Assembly: GCF_009914755.1 (NCBI RefSeq)
Contig: NC_060934.1
Length of the DNA: 64,000 bases
Direction: 5' to 3' (one strand)
Source: the human T2T-CHM13v2.0 reference genome, Homo sapiens
Shown here: piece by piece, positions 45,787 through 58,727 of the stretch
How positions within the stretch are numbered: the stretch's first letter is position 1
Layout of the letters: each line of letters begins with the position of its first letter
Translations under genes and position numbers: made by a program
Notes under the pieces: generated by a model
What the model was told of the DNA's origin: nothing
The model's database searches: none
What the model saw: the letters and a program-made list of their open reading frames with translations, nothing else

Positions 45787-48300
45787 AGTAAGCAGCTAGT
45801 TTAAAGAATAAGGTAGAGCCAAATGTTCAAAAAGATAACCAAGAAGAATTAGTCGGTATGATGCCATTTATGTAAAAAAGGACTAAAAGGATGCATATAT
45901 ATATACATACATGTGACACATACACAGAAAAATTTTGGAAGGATACACCAAAAACTTCATATTGGTTATCTCTGGGGAGTGGACTAAGAAGTCAGAAGTG
46001 GGACCGTTAGTCTGTTACTTAATTTTCCTGTTAGTACTTGAATTTTAAAATTATGACTGTATTATTGCTTTTATGTTTATTTTTTAAACAACAAACTAGT
46101 TAAACAAGCAAGCTATTTTTGGATGGCAATGAGAAAAGTTAACTCTAAAAGATGCCCTTCCCAGGGACAGGGGTGGGGCAAGGCAGAGTGGGGCGGAGAG
46201 GGAGGGCCCTGTTGAAGGCACACATTGCCCTTCACTCTGTGACTCTTGGCTCCCTCTGCTTTCGGTCGCTGGCCAAACCAAACAGCCTTCCAGCTCTGTC
46301 CCGTGAGGTGGAGATGAGACGGACCACGAAAATGTTCTGAATCACAGCCTTGGGGTGGCTTGAGTTAAGACTTCCTGGACATTCACCAACCACTGCCAGC
46401 TGCCACCAACCCTGCTCGGGAAGCCGGCCATGTACCCTACAGCACAGGACATGGATGGCACTGATCACATAGATAAGGACTCCTTAGTTTGGGGGTGAAT
46501 CAAGTTACTGTCTCACTCAAAACCCGCCAATGGCCCACCTCTGCTTGTTGTGAGGTCCAAATTTACCTTGTATTAGCATTCAAGGCTTTGCATGGTTCAG
46601 CCCCACTCTTATCTTTTCAACCTCATTTGCTACGACTTCTCAGTATATGCCAACATATACACCAGGACTGCCTGGGTTGGAATCTGGGCTGTGCTACTTA
46701 CCACTGTGACAGTAGGTAAGTCAGTTGCCCCTTCAGTGCCTGTTTCCTTATCTGGAAAGCAGGGAGGATAAGAATAGCACCTACATCATAGGACTGACAT
46801 GGAACTGTGTGCATTAACAAATGTGTGTGCGGAACGGTGCCTGCCATACAGTAGGTGCTTCCCACCCTCACTCCATGCTTCTGGCTGGAATGTCTTTCCT
46901 GGCCACAGTCCTGGTCATTTTTCAGAGTCTCTATCTGGCAGCGCCCCACCATGAGGCCTTCCCTAATCAGCCCAGGTACCAGTGGTTCTTGGACATCCAG
47001 AATCAGGTGGGGAACTTGGTGAAGTGCAGATTCTTCTACCTAACTTCTCAGGATCCCACTGGAGTCTGTGACACGGCCCAGGAAGCTGCCCCCAGGTGAC
47101 ACCCGTATGTGTAGTGCAGGGTCACACTTGGAATAGCTCAGTACTTGGAAGGCCACCTTCTGCTGCCTCTCCTAGGGAACAGGCTTGGTCCTATTCATTT
47201 TCCCATCTTCCACAATGTCTCATGCACGTTAGGCTCCTGACAAATGCTTGTGGACTATTCATGACCTGCTTGGGAGAAGGGCTCACCATCTTATGCCTTC
47301 CCACCCTCTCTCTGAGGCTTACGGCACTAGCGTGAATGTGGGTGCCCTCATGAGAAGCTTGTGGTGTAGCTGATGCCACTTAGACCACAGATTCCAAGCA
47401 GGCTCATTGGCTTTTCCCAGGTCTATCTATCTTCCAATAGATCTGTAGGGAAAGTAGTCCACTTGGGTTTTCTTTAACTTTCCATTAAGAAAGAAAGTGA
47501 GAGGGCTTCCTCAGCTAGGGGTACCATCAGTCACTTGGGGAAATCTTTAAAAATCGAGCCTAGCCTGACCACTCCAGACTGGATTCTGAGCACCATGTAG
47601 GTTCAAGGCGGGGTCGGGGCAATGGACCAGGTTGTCTGGGTGATTCGGATGACACCCTTGATGATGAACCAGAGCTCCACCCCCAGGTTCTCAACGGGGG
47701 CTGTGCTTCAGCCAGGCATGCAGAGGGGCTAGAGCTTTTGAGGATATAAGGCCCTTCCCCAACATAACCAGCCTCTTGGCCTAGGGGCCAACTCTATTCA
47801 TTTCACCCTTGTTATTTTGCAAAGCAAGTGAGCAGTTGCTGGGGAAAGTCAAGCATCCTTGGGAAAGAGACTCTGGGGAAAGAGGGCAGGGTTGTCCTTA
47901 GTGGAAAGGCCAAAGTGCCCTAGAGGACTCAAAATCCTCTATTTAAAATACAATCTCTTTCTTTAAAACCCAAAAGCTTCCTGTTAGTTCCAGCTCCTAT
48001 ATTTCTCGCTGACATTAGCTCTGTGAAATAAGGTCTTAGGCTGGAATCCACCCTACAGCCAGCTTTCAAAGGCCCTTTCTGGAGCCCTGCGGGCAGCACA
48101 CAAGTTGCCTCAAAGACAGGGTAGAAATGTTCTGTTTTGTTATTTTTTAAAGTCTCCTGAAAGTGTAAGAATAAAAAGGGAGTGAAAGCTTCTGCTTTGT
48201 CAATAGGAAATCCACCCCCCTGTCCCCAACTCTGCCCTGGGAGCCTCACAGATTTCCTGAAGTTAAAAACAAACAGTGACCATTTCTACTCCTTGCAAGA

Positions 48301-48318
48301 TTTAATTCTTCCTTTAAT
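48301..48318 (-). terminator. ITPRIP: Candidate ITPRIP poly(A) signals (two ATTAAA)
   Basis: tttaat at 48301-48306 and 48313-48318 (ATTAAA on the minus strand), followed on the minus strand by GU-rich ctgtttgttttt. Confidence 0.6.
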
Positions 48319-49459
48319 ATAAATAAGGCAGCATGAAACACCAAGAGCCCCACTGCTTTCTGCTTTAGAAGCAGCTTTGGTGCAGAAAAGATTCCCGTTT
48401 CCCCACCGAGTTCTGTTGTCTCTGTACACACAAGAAGCCAGAAGATATTTTTTTTTCAGTGAACTTTCTCCTGGAAGCAAAGGAGAAGCTATGGGAGATC
48501 CAGGCATGGTTTTGGCTTCTGGAGGCTGTTTTTTGGTTACTGGGGTCTCTTCAAAGCAAAACGGGATCAGGATGAAGAGGGGGAAAGGCATGGGCCATAA
48601 ATAAATAAGGAAATTTGCCCCGATTCTACAAATGCATCTGATGGAATGAGGAGGGTCAGGCTGTGAGGGATTGGGGGTAGCTCCAGGCTGCTGTTAGGGA
48701 CACACTTGAGCTGGTTCATTCCCTGGAGTGCCCCGCAACTGCGTCTAGGGAGAGGCAGGCCCAAGCACATGTTCAGTCTAATTCCAGCTCACACTGGAAG
48801 GCTTCCTATAGGTTTGGTTGCCCTGATCACAGCCGAGCTGCCCCACCAGGAATTAACCCTGGTGGGCAAAGGGTCCATCTTCTCAAGCTTTCTGAGGCTG
48901 GTTGAGAGCACTCCTGGGGACGGGGGAAGGATCTCCTTCCTTCAGTTTGTGGGGTAACTGGGCACCCCTGTCAAGTTGGTTATGCTCTCGGGAAGGCATG
49001 GCCGGCTTAAACCCTGGAGGAACACGGTATATTCTTGACTCCCTGGCCCCCTGCAAGGGTAACTGAAGTAACGGTGAGATAGGAAATCTCAAAGGGCCAG
49101 TGAAGCCACAGGTGGAAAAGAGCCTTCCTGATCCCCCTGAACCAGACCTGGAGACGGAGCCCAGCTCCAACCACAGAGCTTCTGCCAGGCTCTTTGGGTC
49201 TGGGTCATCTGTGTGGTCAGCAGTGCCCACACAGAAGGGGTGGGTTCTGTGCAGTGAGGGAGCCCCGCTGGAGTGAGGAACTAGGGGCTCAGAGCCTGCA
49301 GACTGGAGCTAGGTTTCCATAGTTCTTGCTTCCATGCACACCCTGCCCTAGGATTGGGACCCTGAGGACAACCTGGGGCTATGACATCCTTGGCCCCTGA
49401 TCTCTGCAACTTTCTCTGAACTGGGCCAGACTGCAAGCCAGACACCACCACCCCGGGTA

Positions 49460-49633
49460 GCATTTTTGAGCACCTCATCGAAGGAGTCTACTGTCTTACA
49501 GCAGAGACTTCGCTGCAGGACGCAGGGCCAGAAGAGGTTGAGAGGCTTGGCTCTGCGCACAGCCTCTGGGAGTGCCATGGCCTCGGGTGCCTTGTGGTTG
49601 CCAATGAAGAAGTGATAGAGTTTCTTTTCCAGC
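49460..49633 (-). pseudogene. Duplicated fragment of ITPRIP C-terminal coding sequence in the 3' UTR
   Basis: Ungapped match to 50624-50797, 145/174 identical by hand count. Confidence 0.9.
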
Positions 49634-50559
49634 TGTCCTTTGCCACAGTCACCCCGTGTGTCTCTTTCTCCAGGTCAGCTTCCACCTTTAGCATCTGTCC
49701 TCCCCCTACCACAATGATAGTCAGAAAGACCAGCTTTGGAGAGAATAAAGAGAGGTGGGGGGCTGCTGAGCTGGCACCCAGTGTGGCAAATACCCACCAC
49801 GCTCGGGACCCAGTACATTGGGGAAAGGACAGCAGAAGGGGGTGCACCTGAGTGAGAAGTGTAGGGTGCAGCTGAGTGAGAAGTGTAGCTGAAAAAGTGG
49901 CTAATTGTGTTTCTCTATGCCACCAAGTACCCATTTCCGTGTGACAGAGACGTTAGTCACTCGGGCCTCGAATTTATACAAGGTCTTTTCTCCAAATAGT
50001 ATAAAAAAGTGGCAGCCATGGTGGGACCACTATTGTGCAGGATGCGGATCAAAGGTGGACATTCCCATATCTGTCCCTGTTAGTGCTTTGGCTGCAGATG
50101 GTCAGGCCAGAAGCTCCTGGGAATAGGGGTGCTGGGTCTTAACACGGTTCCCTGTCAGCATTCTTGTAGATCTTCTGCTCATATTCAAGTACAGACTGGA
50201 TCTGGGATTCAAAAAGAATTACACCCAATCCAACATTTGCATTGTCTCTAACTCAGGGTCCACAGCGTGTTCTGCCACCATCTTGGCCATTCATGGTGAT
50301 CCAGAAGTAAACTGCAAGGGATCAGTCCCTAAACCCAAATAACAGCTTTACCAGCAGATCCCAATGGTATGAAGCAAACCAGCTTCCCGTTGAAATTCTG
50401 TTTCCTCTGCACTGTAGGGCTTGGCTTCCTGGCAGGCTGAGCACGGCTCCCACGAAAGCCCGCCTTGTCCCCAGAACAGGGCTGGCAGATGCCACCAGGG
50501 GTGTGAACGTGAGGGATGCCCTCATCTTAGCTCGAGGATCCCACATTCTGTAAAAGACG

Positions 50560-52203
50560 TCAGCTTTTTGGGGTAGGCTGGTCTGAGGGGACATGTAGGG
50601 AATACTCGCTAATGAGCGCTGGGGCATTCTTGAGCATCTCATAGAAGGAGTCCAGTGTCTTACGGTAAAGGCTTCGCTGCAGGACGAAGGGCCGGAAGAG
50701 GTTGAGGGGCTCGGCCCTGAGCACGGCCTCAGGGAGTCCCATGGCCTCAGGCACCTTGCGGTTGCCGATGAAGAAGTGGTGGAGCTTCTTCTGGAGCAAG
50801 CTCTTCTCCAGGAAGCACAGCAACTCGTGCAGACGAGCGTCCAGCTGCCCCGCCTTCCAGTCGGCGGCCTGCCGGAGGAGTAGGAGGTGCAGTAGGGCCG
50901 TCTTCAGGTGGTAGCTGCTGAGCCCGCTGGGACCGGTCAGGCGGCTCTGCTTGGAGAGCAGGAAGGATGCTATCTGCAGGCAGCTGAGGTGGCAGGCGCC
51001 CTCGGGCAGTGCCTTTAGTGTCGTCCTGAGGAAGTGTCGCTCATAGACAGCAAAGGACAGGAGCCAGTCTGTGCTGGAGGCTGGGGTGCCCTCAGAGGGC
51101 TCCCTGGGAAGGTGGGAGACAAAGTACAGGTCCGAGTCATCACACTGGATCACAGGAATCAGGTTGAAGGGCATGAACTTCCCTGAACGGAACTTGATCT
51201 TCAGGGACCCCGGGCTGTCCAGCTGGCCAAAGGCCAGGTCGAACTCGTACTTGTGGGCGATGCCCTTCCAGGCTCTGGTGAGGGCCGTCTGGAACCACTT
51301 CATGACCTGCATCGTGTCCAGGTACAGGGAATCTGTGGCACACAGCAGGTTCTCCATGTCGCCGCAGGGAGGCGCCATGCTGTTCCTGCCGTGCAGGAGA
51401 CACAGCATGTCTTCCCCGAGCTTGGTCTTGCCGCAGATGCAGCTCAATGTGTCCCCATCGGCGCGGACCACCTTGATCTGGCCGTAGCCCTGGCGATCCA
51501 GGGGCACTGAGCGGCCGGAGCACCAGAGCTCTGGGTGGAAGCGGTAGGGCTCGGGGGGTGTGAAGGGCACGAAAAGGTGGCACAGCAGTGGCCTGTCCAC
51601 CTGCCAGTTCTCGTACATGCTGTCCACGCCAATGAAGTCCTCCACCTCCATGTCGGTGTCCCGGTTGCAGAGGCTCCTCAGGGCTTCCAGCAAGTCATCC
51701 ACGAAGCCTTCCAGGAACTCCCGGGTACGGGCTGCATCGGCCGTGGCCCCCCGGATGCAGCGCTCATAAAAGTGGCCAAGCGTGGCCTTGTTGGGCAGGG
51801 TGAGGCCCTGCAAGGGGGCGCCCCCCAGCCCAGGCAGCTCATCCTCCTCACCGCCCAGGCACTCAGGTGAGGGCCCCTCCTGGTGGTCCTGCCACCACAC
51901 CTCGATCATCAGGAAGAGGATCATGCAGAGGGTGCTCCAGAGGTCCCAGGCCACGCGTGTCTCGTTCTGCTGCCTGCCCTCCTCCGCCACCTGCTCCAGT
52001 GCCTCCTTTTCGGCCGCCAGCCGAGCCACCTCCTCCTCCAGGCGCAACTGCTCCAGCTGCAGCTTCTCCTGGTGCGCCTGCATCTTGCGGATGATCTCCT
52101 CCTCGTTCTCGGGGACTGTGGCGTTCTCCCGCGGGAACAGCAGCGGGTGGTTGATGATGGCCGTCACCACCACCAGACACACGCGGAAGAGCCCCATGGC
52201 CAT
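50560..52203 (-). CDS. ITPRIP: Inositol 1,4,5-trisphosphate receptor-interacting protein (DANGER), 547 aa, single coding exon
   Basis: MAMGLFRVCLVVVTAIINHPLLF...PSDQPTPKS; signal-like N-terminus, coiled coil, hydrophobic segment, Mab-21 domain; acceptor ctctgttcccag| at 52217 leaves 13 nt of UTR. Confidence 0.97.
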   Translation of the reverse strand: MAMGLFRVCLVVVTAIINHPLLFPRENATVPENEEEIIRKMQAHQEKLQLEQLRLEEEVARLAAEKEALEQVAEEGRQQNETRVAWDLWSTLCMILFLMIEVWWQDHQEGPSPECLGGEEDELPGLGGAPLQGLTLPNKATLGHFYERCIRGATADAARTREFLEGFVDDLLEALRSLCNRDTDMEVEDFIGVDSMYENWQVDRPLLCHLFVPFTPPEPYRFHPELWCSGRSVPLDRQGYGQIKVVRADGDTLSCICGKTKLGEDMLCLLHGRNSMAPPCGDMENLLCATDSLYLDTMQVMKWFQTALTRAWKGIAHKYEFDLAFGQLDSPGSLKIKFRSGKFMPFNLIPVIQCDDSDLYFVSHLPREPSEGTPASSTDWLLSFAVYERHFLRTTLKALPEGACHLSCLQIASFLLSKQSRLTGPSGLSSYHLKTALLHLLLLRQAADWKAGQLDARLHELLCFLEKSLLQKKLHHFFIGNRKVPEAMGLPEAVLRAEPLNLFRPFVLQRSLYRKTLDSFYEMLKNAPALISEYSLHVPSDQPTPKS

Positions 52204-53489
52204 GGTTGGAGCTTTCCTGGGAACAGAGAGACAGATGGTCACACCAAGCTTCCCTCAATGCCACTTCGTCCCTGGGCCCCGCACCAACCTCAGCCCCTCA
52301 GGGCTGGTTAAGGTCTTAGTTCTCCCACCCAACCCATCGAGAGCTCCCTGCGGCTGCCTCAGGAGCTTCAGTCCAGCCATGGAAGAGCCCCAAAGGCCTA
52401 CCCTGGGGTGGACATCTGTTTTAGTCCTACCCAGACATTCCTGGATGGCAGCAGCACCCCACTGTCCCTAACCCTTTTCTCCTACCAGTCCTTATGGCCA
52501 GGGCGAGGATATACCCACCTCCAAGCTCCTGGGGTGGGCTCAAAACCCAGGCCCAAGACAATCAGACATTCTGCCGCCCAGCTACAGCTAGAGCGATTGG
52601 TTCTGGGATGAGCATTTGATCCAATTCGGGCCAATGAGAGACAGATGTAGGGTGTGTTGGGCCCAATAGGAAGAAAGACTCATCCTGTTGCTAGTTTGGT
52701 TGCTAGGTTGCTGAGGGAACAGGATTATACCTGCAGTGGGCTCTCGGGAAGGGAGCCCGCCTGAGAAAGACACCAACATAGAGGAAAGCAGAACCCCCCC
52801 TCCCCACACTCAGCTCTGCTTGAAGGCATTGCTGTCTGAGCTCTTTAGTCACACAAGTCAATAAAGAGACCCTTTTTAAGTCAGTTTGAGTGGCCTTTCC
52901 ACCACTTGAAATCAAAATAGTCCTGAATAACATATCCCCTTCTCTCCCAAGTGAATGTCATCTTCCTGCAATACAGTGAAGCCTAGTGGTTAAGGGAGAA
53001 AGGGCTAGGTTCCAAACCAGCACTGTCAACTGAAAAGCTGTGTGACCCTGGGCATGTTAACACACCTCTCTGAGCCCTGGTTTCCTTACTGCACAAGGGG
53101 AAAGCAATAGTATCTCACAGGGTCATGGTATTGAGAGACGCAATGATCCCTGCAAACTGCATGGCCCAGTGACCAGTGCAAAGCACATATTCACTGAACA
53201 ATAACTGTTTCGGAAGTAGATTTGAGCCCTTATCCTCCTCTTCTGTAAACGTCTCTTTCTGACCTGGAAGACCTTACCCCATATTCAGACACACTCTCCT
53301 GGCTTTTGTCTTTCCCCAGGACAATCTTGATGATGACCAGAGAGCAAAGAATCACTAATTTCTTCTTACCAGGCATGTGAACTTTAAATCTAACTTCTTA
53401 ATTGTGAAAGGAGGCACTCTGTTCCCCTAGGATAAGTGGATTTTTAAGCCTCAAGTGACTTTTGGAGAAAGGCTAATCCCTACAATCTT

Positions 53490-53632
53490 TGCAGTTCGAA
53501 GTATGATTCACGGACCAGCAGCTGCAGTATCTCCTGGGAGCTTGTTAGAAATGCAGAATCTCGGCCCCACCCACACTTACTGAATCGGAATCCACATTTT
53601 AATACCATCCATATAAAAATCTGAGAGGCACT
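53490..53632. mobile_element. MER5A-like DNA transposon
   Basis: ctgggagcttgttagaaatgcagaatctc...tactgaatcggaatc. Confidence 0.7.
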
Positions 53633-55949
53633 GTCTTACGCTGCAAGACTTAGTTACACCCTCTCCTCTCCTCAGCAGGAATCCTGGGACTTAACAATCT
53701 GCTATTTCCACACTTGAACTACCCCCCTCCTTGCTTGGGACCTCGATGAAGGAAGCAAATGGCCAAATGCAAATCAGTTGAGGTCCTGAGATTGTTGAGA
53801 GCACAGGGCTCCTTCTACCACCCCCTAGTGCACACTAACACTGGCTGATAGGAGCTACTGTGCCAACCTGAGCCCCATTCCCTTTGGCTTGAGCCCGACC
53901 TGGAATTTGCACAATGAAATTCTTGTCCTAATGGTGCCAAGGAACAGGGATTTGTCCCCAGGTAAAGATACCTCTGCAGATTGTCCCTGGCAAGTGGCAG
54001 GATGGAGATGGACTGAGTTGGCTGCTGGTCACGCCTAGACAAACTTGCTGCTCAGATGTGACTCAGACAGTTCCACCCCATACACAGCTGGACAGGTCTG
54101 CAGGAACCACAAGGGTTGGGGAGTGGAGAAGGTCCGTCCTCCACCCTGAGGATTCTCAGTGTGGGCCTCAGAGGTGAGCACTGAAGCACTTACAGGTTTC
54201 CACTGGAGGAGGAAAGCGGGGACAGGATGAAGTGGAAGAAGTCACACTGCAAGGTGGGTGGGGTAAGGAAAAAGTGCAGGGGGCAGCGAGCCAGCTTTCC
54301 TTCCCCAAGCCAAGGAGCAGCTTGCTGGATAATGGCAGAAACAGGTCAGCCTGGTTTCTACATTAGAGAAACATCAACGGAAAGTTTTGCCAGGGAGGGT
54401 CCAAGGCATAACTAACTGCGAGGCTGGGTGATTAACATGGGTGAGAAAGTTAACATAAAGGTGGAGAGTACTCATAGCAGAATATCAGGCAGCAGCCAGT
54501 TAGGAGATAATTTGGGGGGTTTTAGGGTCCTTCAAGCTGCCTGGATCACAGGCAGCCACCTTTGGACACAGTGGGCCTTGACCAGTCACAGTAATAGCCC
54601 GGACAACCACCTACCCAGGTTCCTTGTCAACTCAGTGCAGGATGCCACGAACAGGTGAGTGGGGCCACGGCCAAGCCCTATGGCTGGGAACCATCCCTGT
54701 GTCTACGCCACACTTCATGGTGCTACTTGCTACATCCTCATTCCTGCCAGAGGAGGAGGAGCTGTAAGAGCCTCCTTGTACTGGCACAGGCAAGGTTCAG
54801 AACTCCAAACCAACTGAAGGGACCAACTCTGTGTGCAAGAAGAAAAGAGGATAGACTCGAGAGGAGACAAGACTGGGTCAGAACCCAGTATGTGCACCTA
54901 CTGGAGGTGACTTCGGAGAAATCACTTCCCAGAACCTCAGTTTCTTCATCTGTAAAATGAGAATAATCATATCTACTGTTATAAAGCTTGAACAAGATAA
55001 TGCATGTAAAGCACTCAGCAACATGCTTGCTCCTGAGCAAGTTTTCTTATGAAAGGAACTGCGATGGGATGGAAATACGCAGATGACCCTGCCTGCTGGG
55101 GTTCAGGGCGGAGTGCGCCGCAGACGCCCCTACAAGGAACTCTGGCAGGATGTAGGCAGTGCATAGTAGCACTGGTAATTGTAGGATTACAGACAAGACT
55201 CAACAGAAGCACCAGGGAAACAGGGCACCAGCCTGGGGAAGGACTGCAAGGAAAGGGGGCCTGGGCTGTAGACCCAGCAGACCTGTGTTCTAACCTTGAG
55301 TGACTGTGGGTGGATCGCACAGCTTCTGCGTTCCCACGCTTTCCCTGTGAGGAGGAATTAATAACACTTCCTCCTTCACAGGGATGTTGGGACGGGTGAG
55401 TGAGATCATACACCTTGGGTGCTTAGCACCGTGCCTGGCACAGGGCAGGCTCCTCTCCTCAGCATCTACAGGCTTCTGCTTTCTCACCTGCTGAGCACAG
55501 CAGCCCTGCCTGAGCCCCAGGCATGGGGAGTAAACACACGCTCGAAAGTGCTCTGAAAGCACAAGATGTTCCACTGCTATTTCTCCTCCTTGGCACACCC
55601 CTGAGTCCACCCTGGCCCCCAGCAAAGGGGAGAAGGCTTCAGAGCCTGGGATCCTCCTGCAGGTCAGGGGTTCCCTCTGACTCACTTTCTCACGTAATCC
55701 ATCTCCCCGCTTCCCCGGATCGGATCCCAGCTGTCATTTGGCTCCCTGTTAAACTCTGCACAGGCTGGCTCTGTCTGCAGCACCCTATGGGATAGGACAG
55801 GCCGAGGCAGATAATAGGGCTGTGGTCGCTCAGGGCCCACCAGATGGGGTTCAGTTTGAAGCCTCTGGTACTTCCCCTTCCCAAACCCAGTCACAGGAAA
55901 CACTGCCCTGGGGACCCCAGGGGTCAGAAGAATGTCCTGCAGGCCAAGA

Positions 55950-57135
<1,186 letters not shown>

Positions 57136-57841
57136 TCCACAAAAGGGAAGGAAACAGGGCATTCTGACATTCTGAGACAGGACGGGTAGTGAGGAGCCTC
57201 TCACAAACCATGGATATGTGTATATGTGTGCATGTTCTTGCACATACCAGCACATGCCTCCCCAAAGAGTCCCCTACTCCCAATTCCAAGGATGTCCACC
57301 TCTGCCTTGGCCCAAAGTTCTCACCTCTACCAGGCTCTCCCGCACCTGTGGTCTGAGACATCAGCTGGTGGGTTTGGCTTTGAGAATAAACCTGGGTCAC
57401 TTGGCGGGCTTTTTTCTGTCTGCTTGCCAGGAAGCCTGCTGAATTCCTCTCCACCTCTGCCCTTGTCCACAGAGAGGGGCGGCCCATGCAGTTCACAGCT
57501 AAACTTAGCCTGGCAACGCTGGAGTCACGGGGCAACAGGGGCTGAGGGAAGATGGAAGCTTCTGGGTGGCCCGGACAGAGGGCTGCAGGTGGCTGGCTGG
57601 GACCAGTGGTTTATTCAGACCTTTACTGTGAGGCTGGCCGGAAGCCAAGACCCTGGGAGAAATCCAAGGCTTCCTTCCTTCACTGGGGTCCCTCACTCCT
57701 GGGTCCCCCAGAGCCTGCAGCACTCCCCACCATAGCTTAATCCAATAAACACCACAAAGCATTGCCTAACACCCATAGCTCTCCCATTTCTCGAGCCCTC
57801 ACTAGGATGTGCTGGGCACTGCACACACTAACCACTGTAAG

Positions 57842-57873
<32 letters not shown>

Positions 57874-58553
57874 GACCACTGTAACTTTCTAAGAGGTGGG
57901 TGCCATCCCTGTTTTGCAGATGGGTTAACCAAAGTCCAAGAGACTAAGTCATTTTCTAGCCACAGGACTAGAAAAGCCATAGCTGGGCTGAGATTCAAGC
58001 TCATTCTGTCTGTCTTTGCCAGCAAAGCTCAAGTTTTTCCACTGTGCTACATGTACGGAGCACATACTGAGCTCGAGGAACATGATGGATGCTTCAGGGC
58101 CTGCAGTGATGAGTATGGCCTGACCCCTGGTAGCAAAAGCATTACAATCCACGCGGGAAGGTAGACAGCCACTACGTATGGAGTCCCCAGACAGAATGAG
58201 ATGTGGGGCATAAAAGGCACGTGAGCTACAGGCTGCAAAATGCAGAGGAGGGAGGGAGCTTCCTTCCTGTTCTCTGAAGGCCTCTCCCTGTCTGGAGCTC
58301 TCCCTGCCCTCACCTGTTGGGGAGATGTCGGTGTGCAACCCCTTGGCTCCACCTTCACCTCCTCCTCTCCTTCCAGACAGAATTACTACAACCAACCAGG
58401 AACAGTAGGAGCATGTGTCCGGCCCCACAACCTGTTCATCACACCGCTTTTGCCCCACTGCCCATCTACTCCCACTGAGGGTTGACTGACCACAGCCTTA
58501 AGCAGCAGGGGTGCCCAGGACCCATTTCTTGGCCACCTGGTATTCCCTCTGGG

Positions 58554-58727
58554 ACAGTGGTTCTCAACGTGCTTAGCAGCAACAGTGCCACCTGGCAACT
58601 TGTTACAAATGCAAATTTTCACAGGCAACCTGAAACCCGCTGATCAGAAATGCCAGGGCTGGGCCCAGTATCTGTGTCTCAACAAGCCCTCTAGGTCATT
58701 CTAATGCCCGCTTATGTCTGAGAACCA
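58554..58727. mobile_element. MER5A-like DNA transposon
   Basis: Inverted termini cagtggttctca...tgagaacca; gttacaaatgcaaatt core. Confidence 0.7.

Noticed and set aside
52204-52242. N-terminal extension MTICLSVPRKAPT of the 560-aa ORF
   Set aside because: It starts at a non-ATG codon upstream of the splice acceptor at 52217, i.e. in the intron; the true start is the ATG at 52203
51071-52471. Several + strand and off-frame ORFs overlapping ITPRIP
   Set aside because: Expected shadows of a GC-rich CDS
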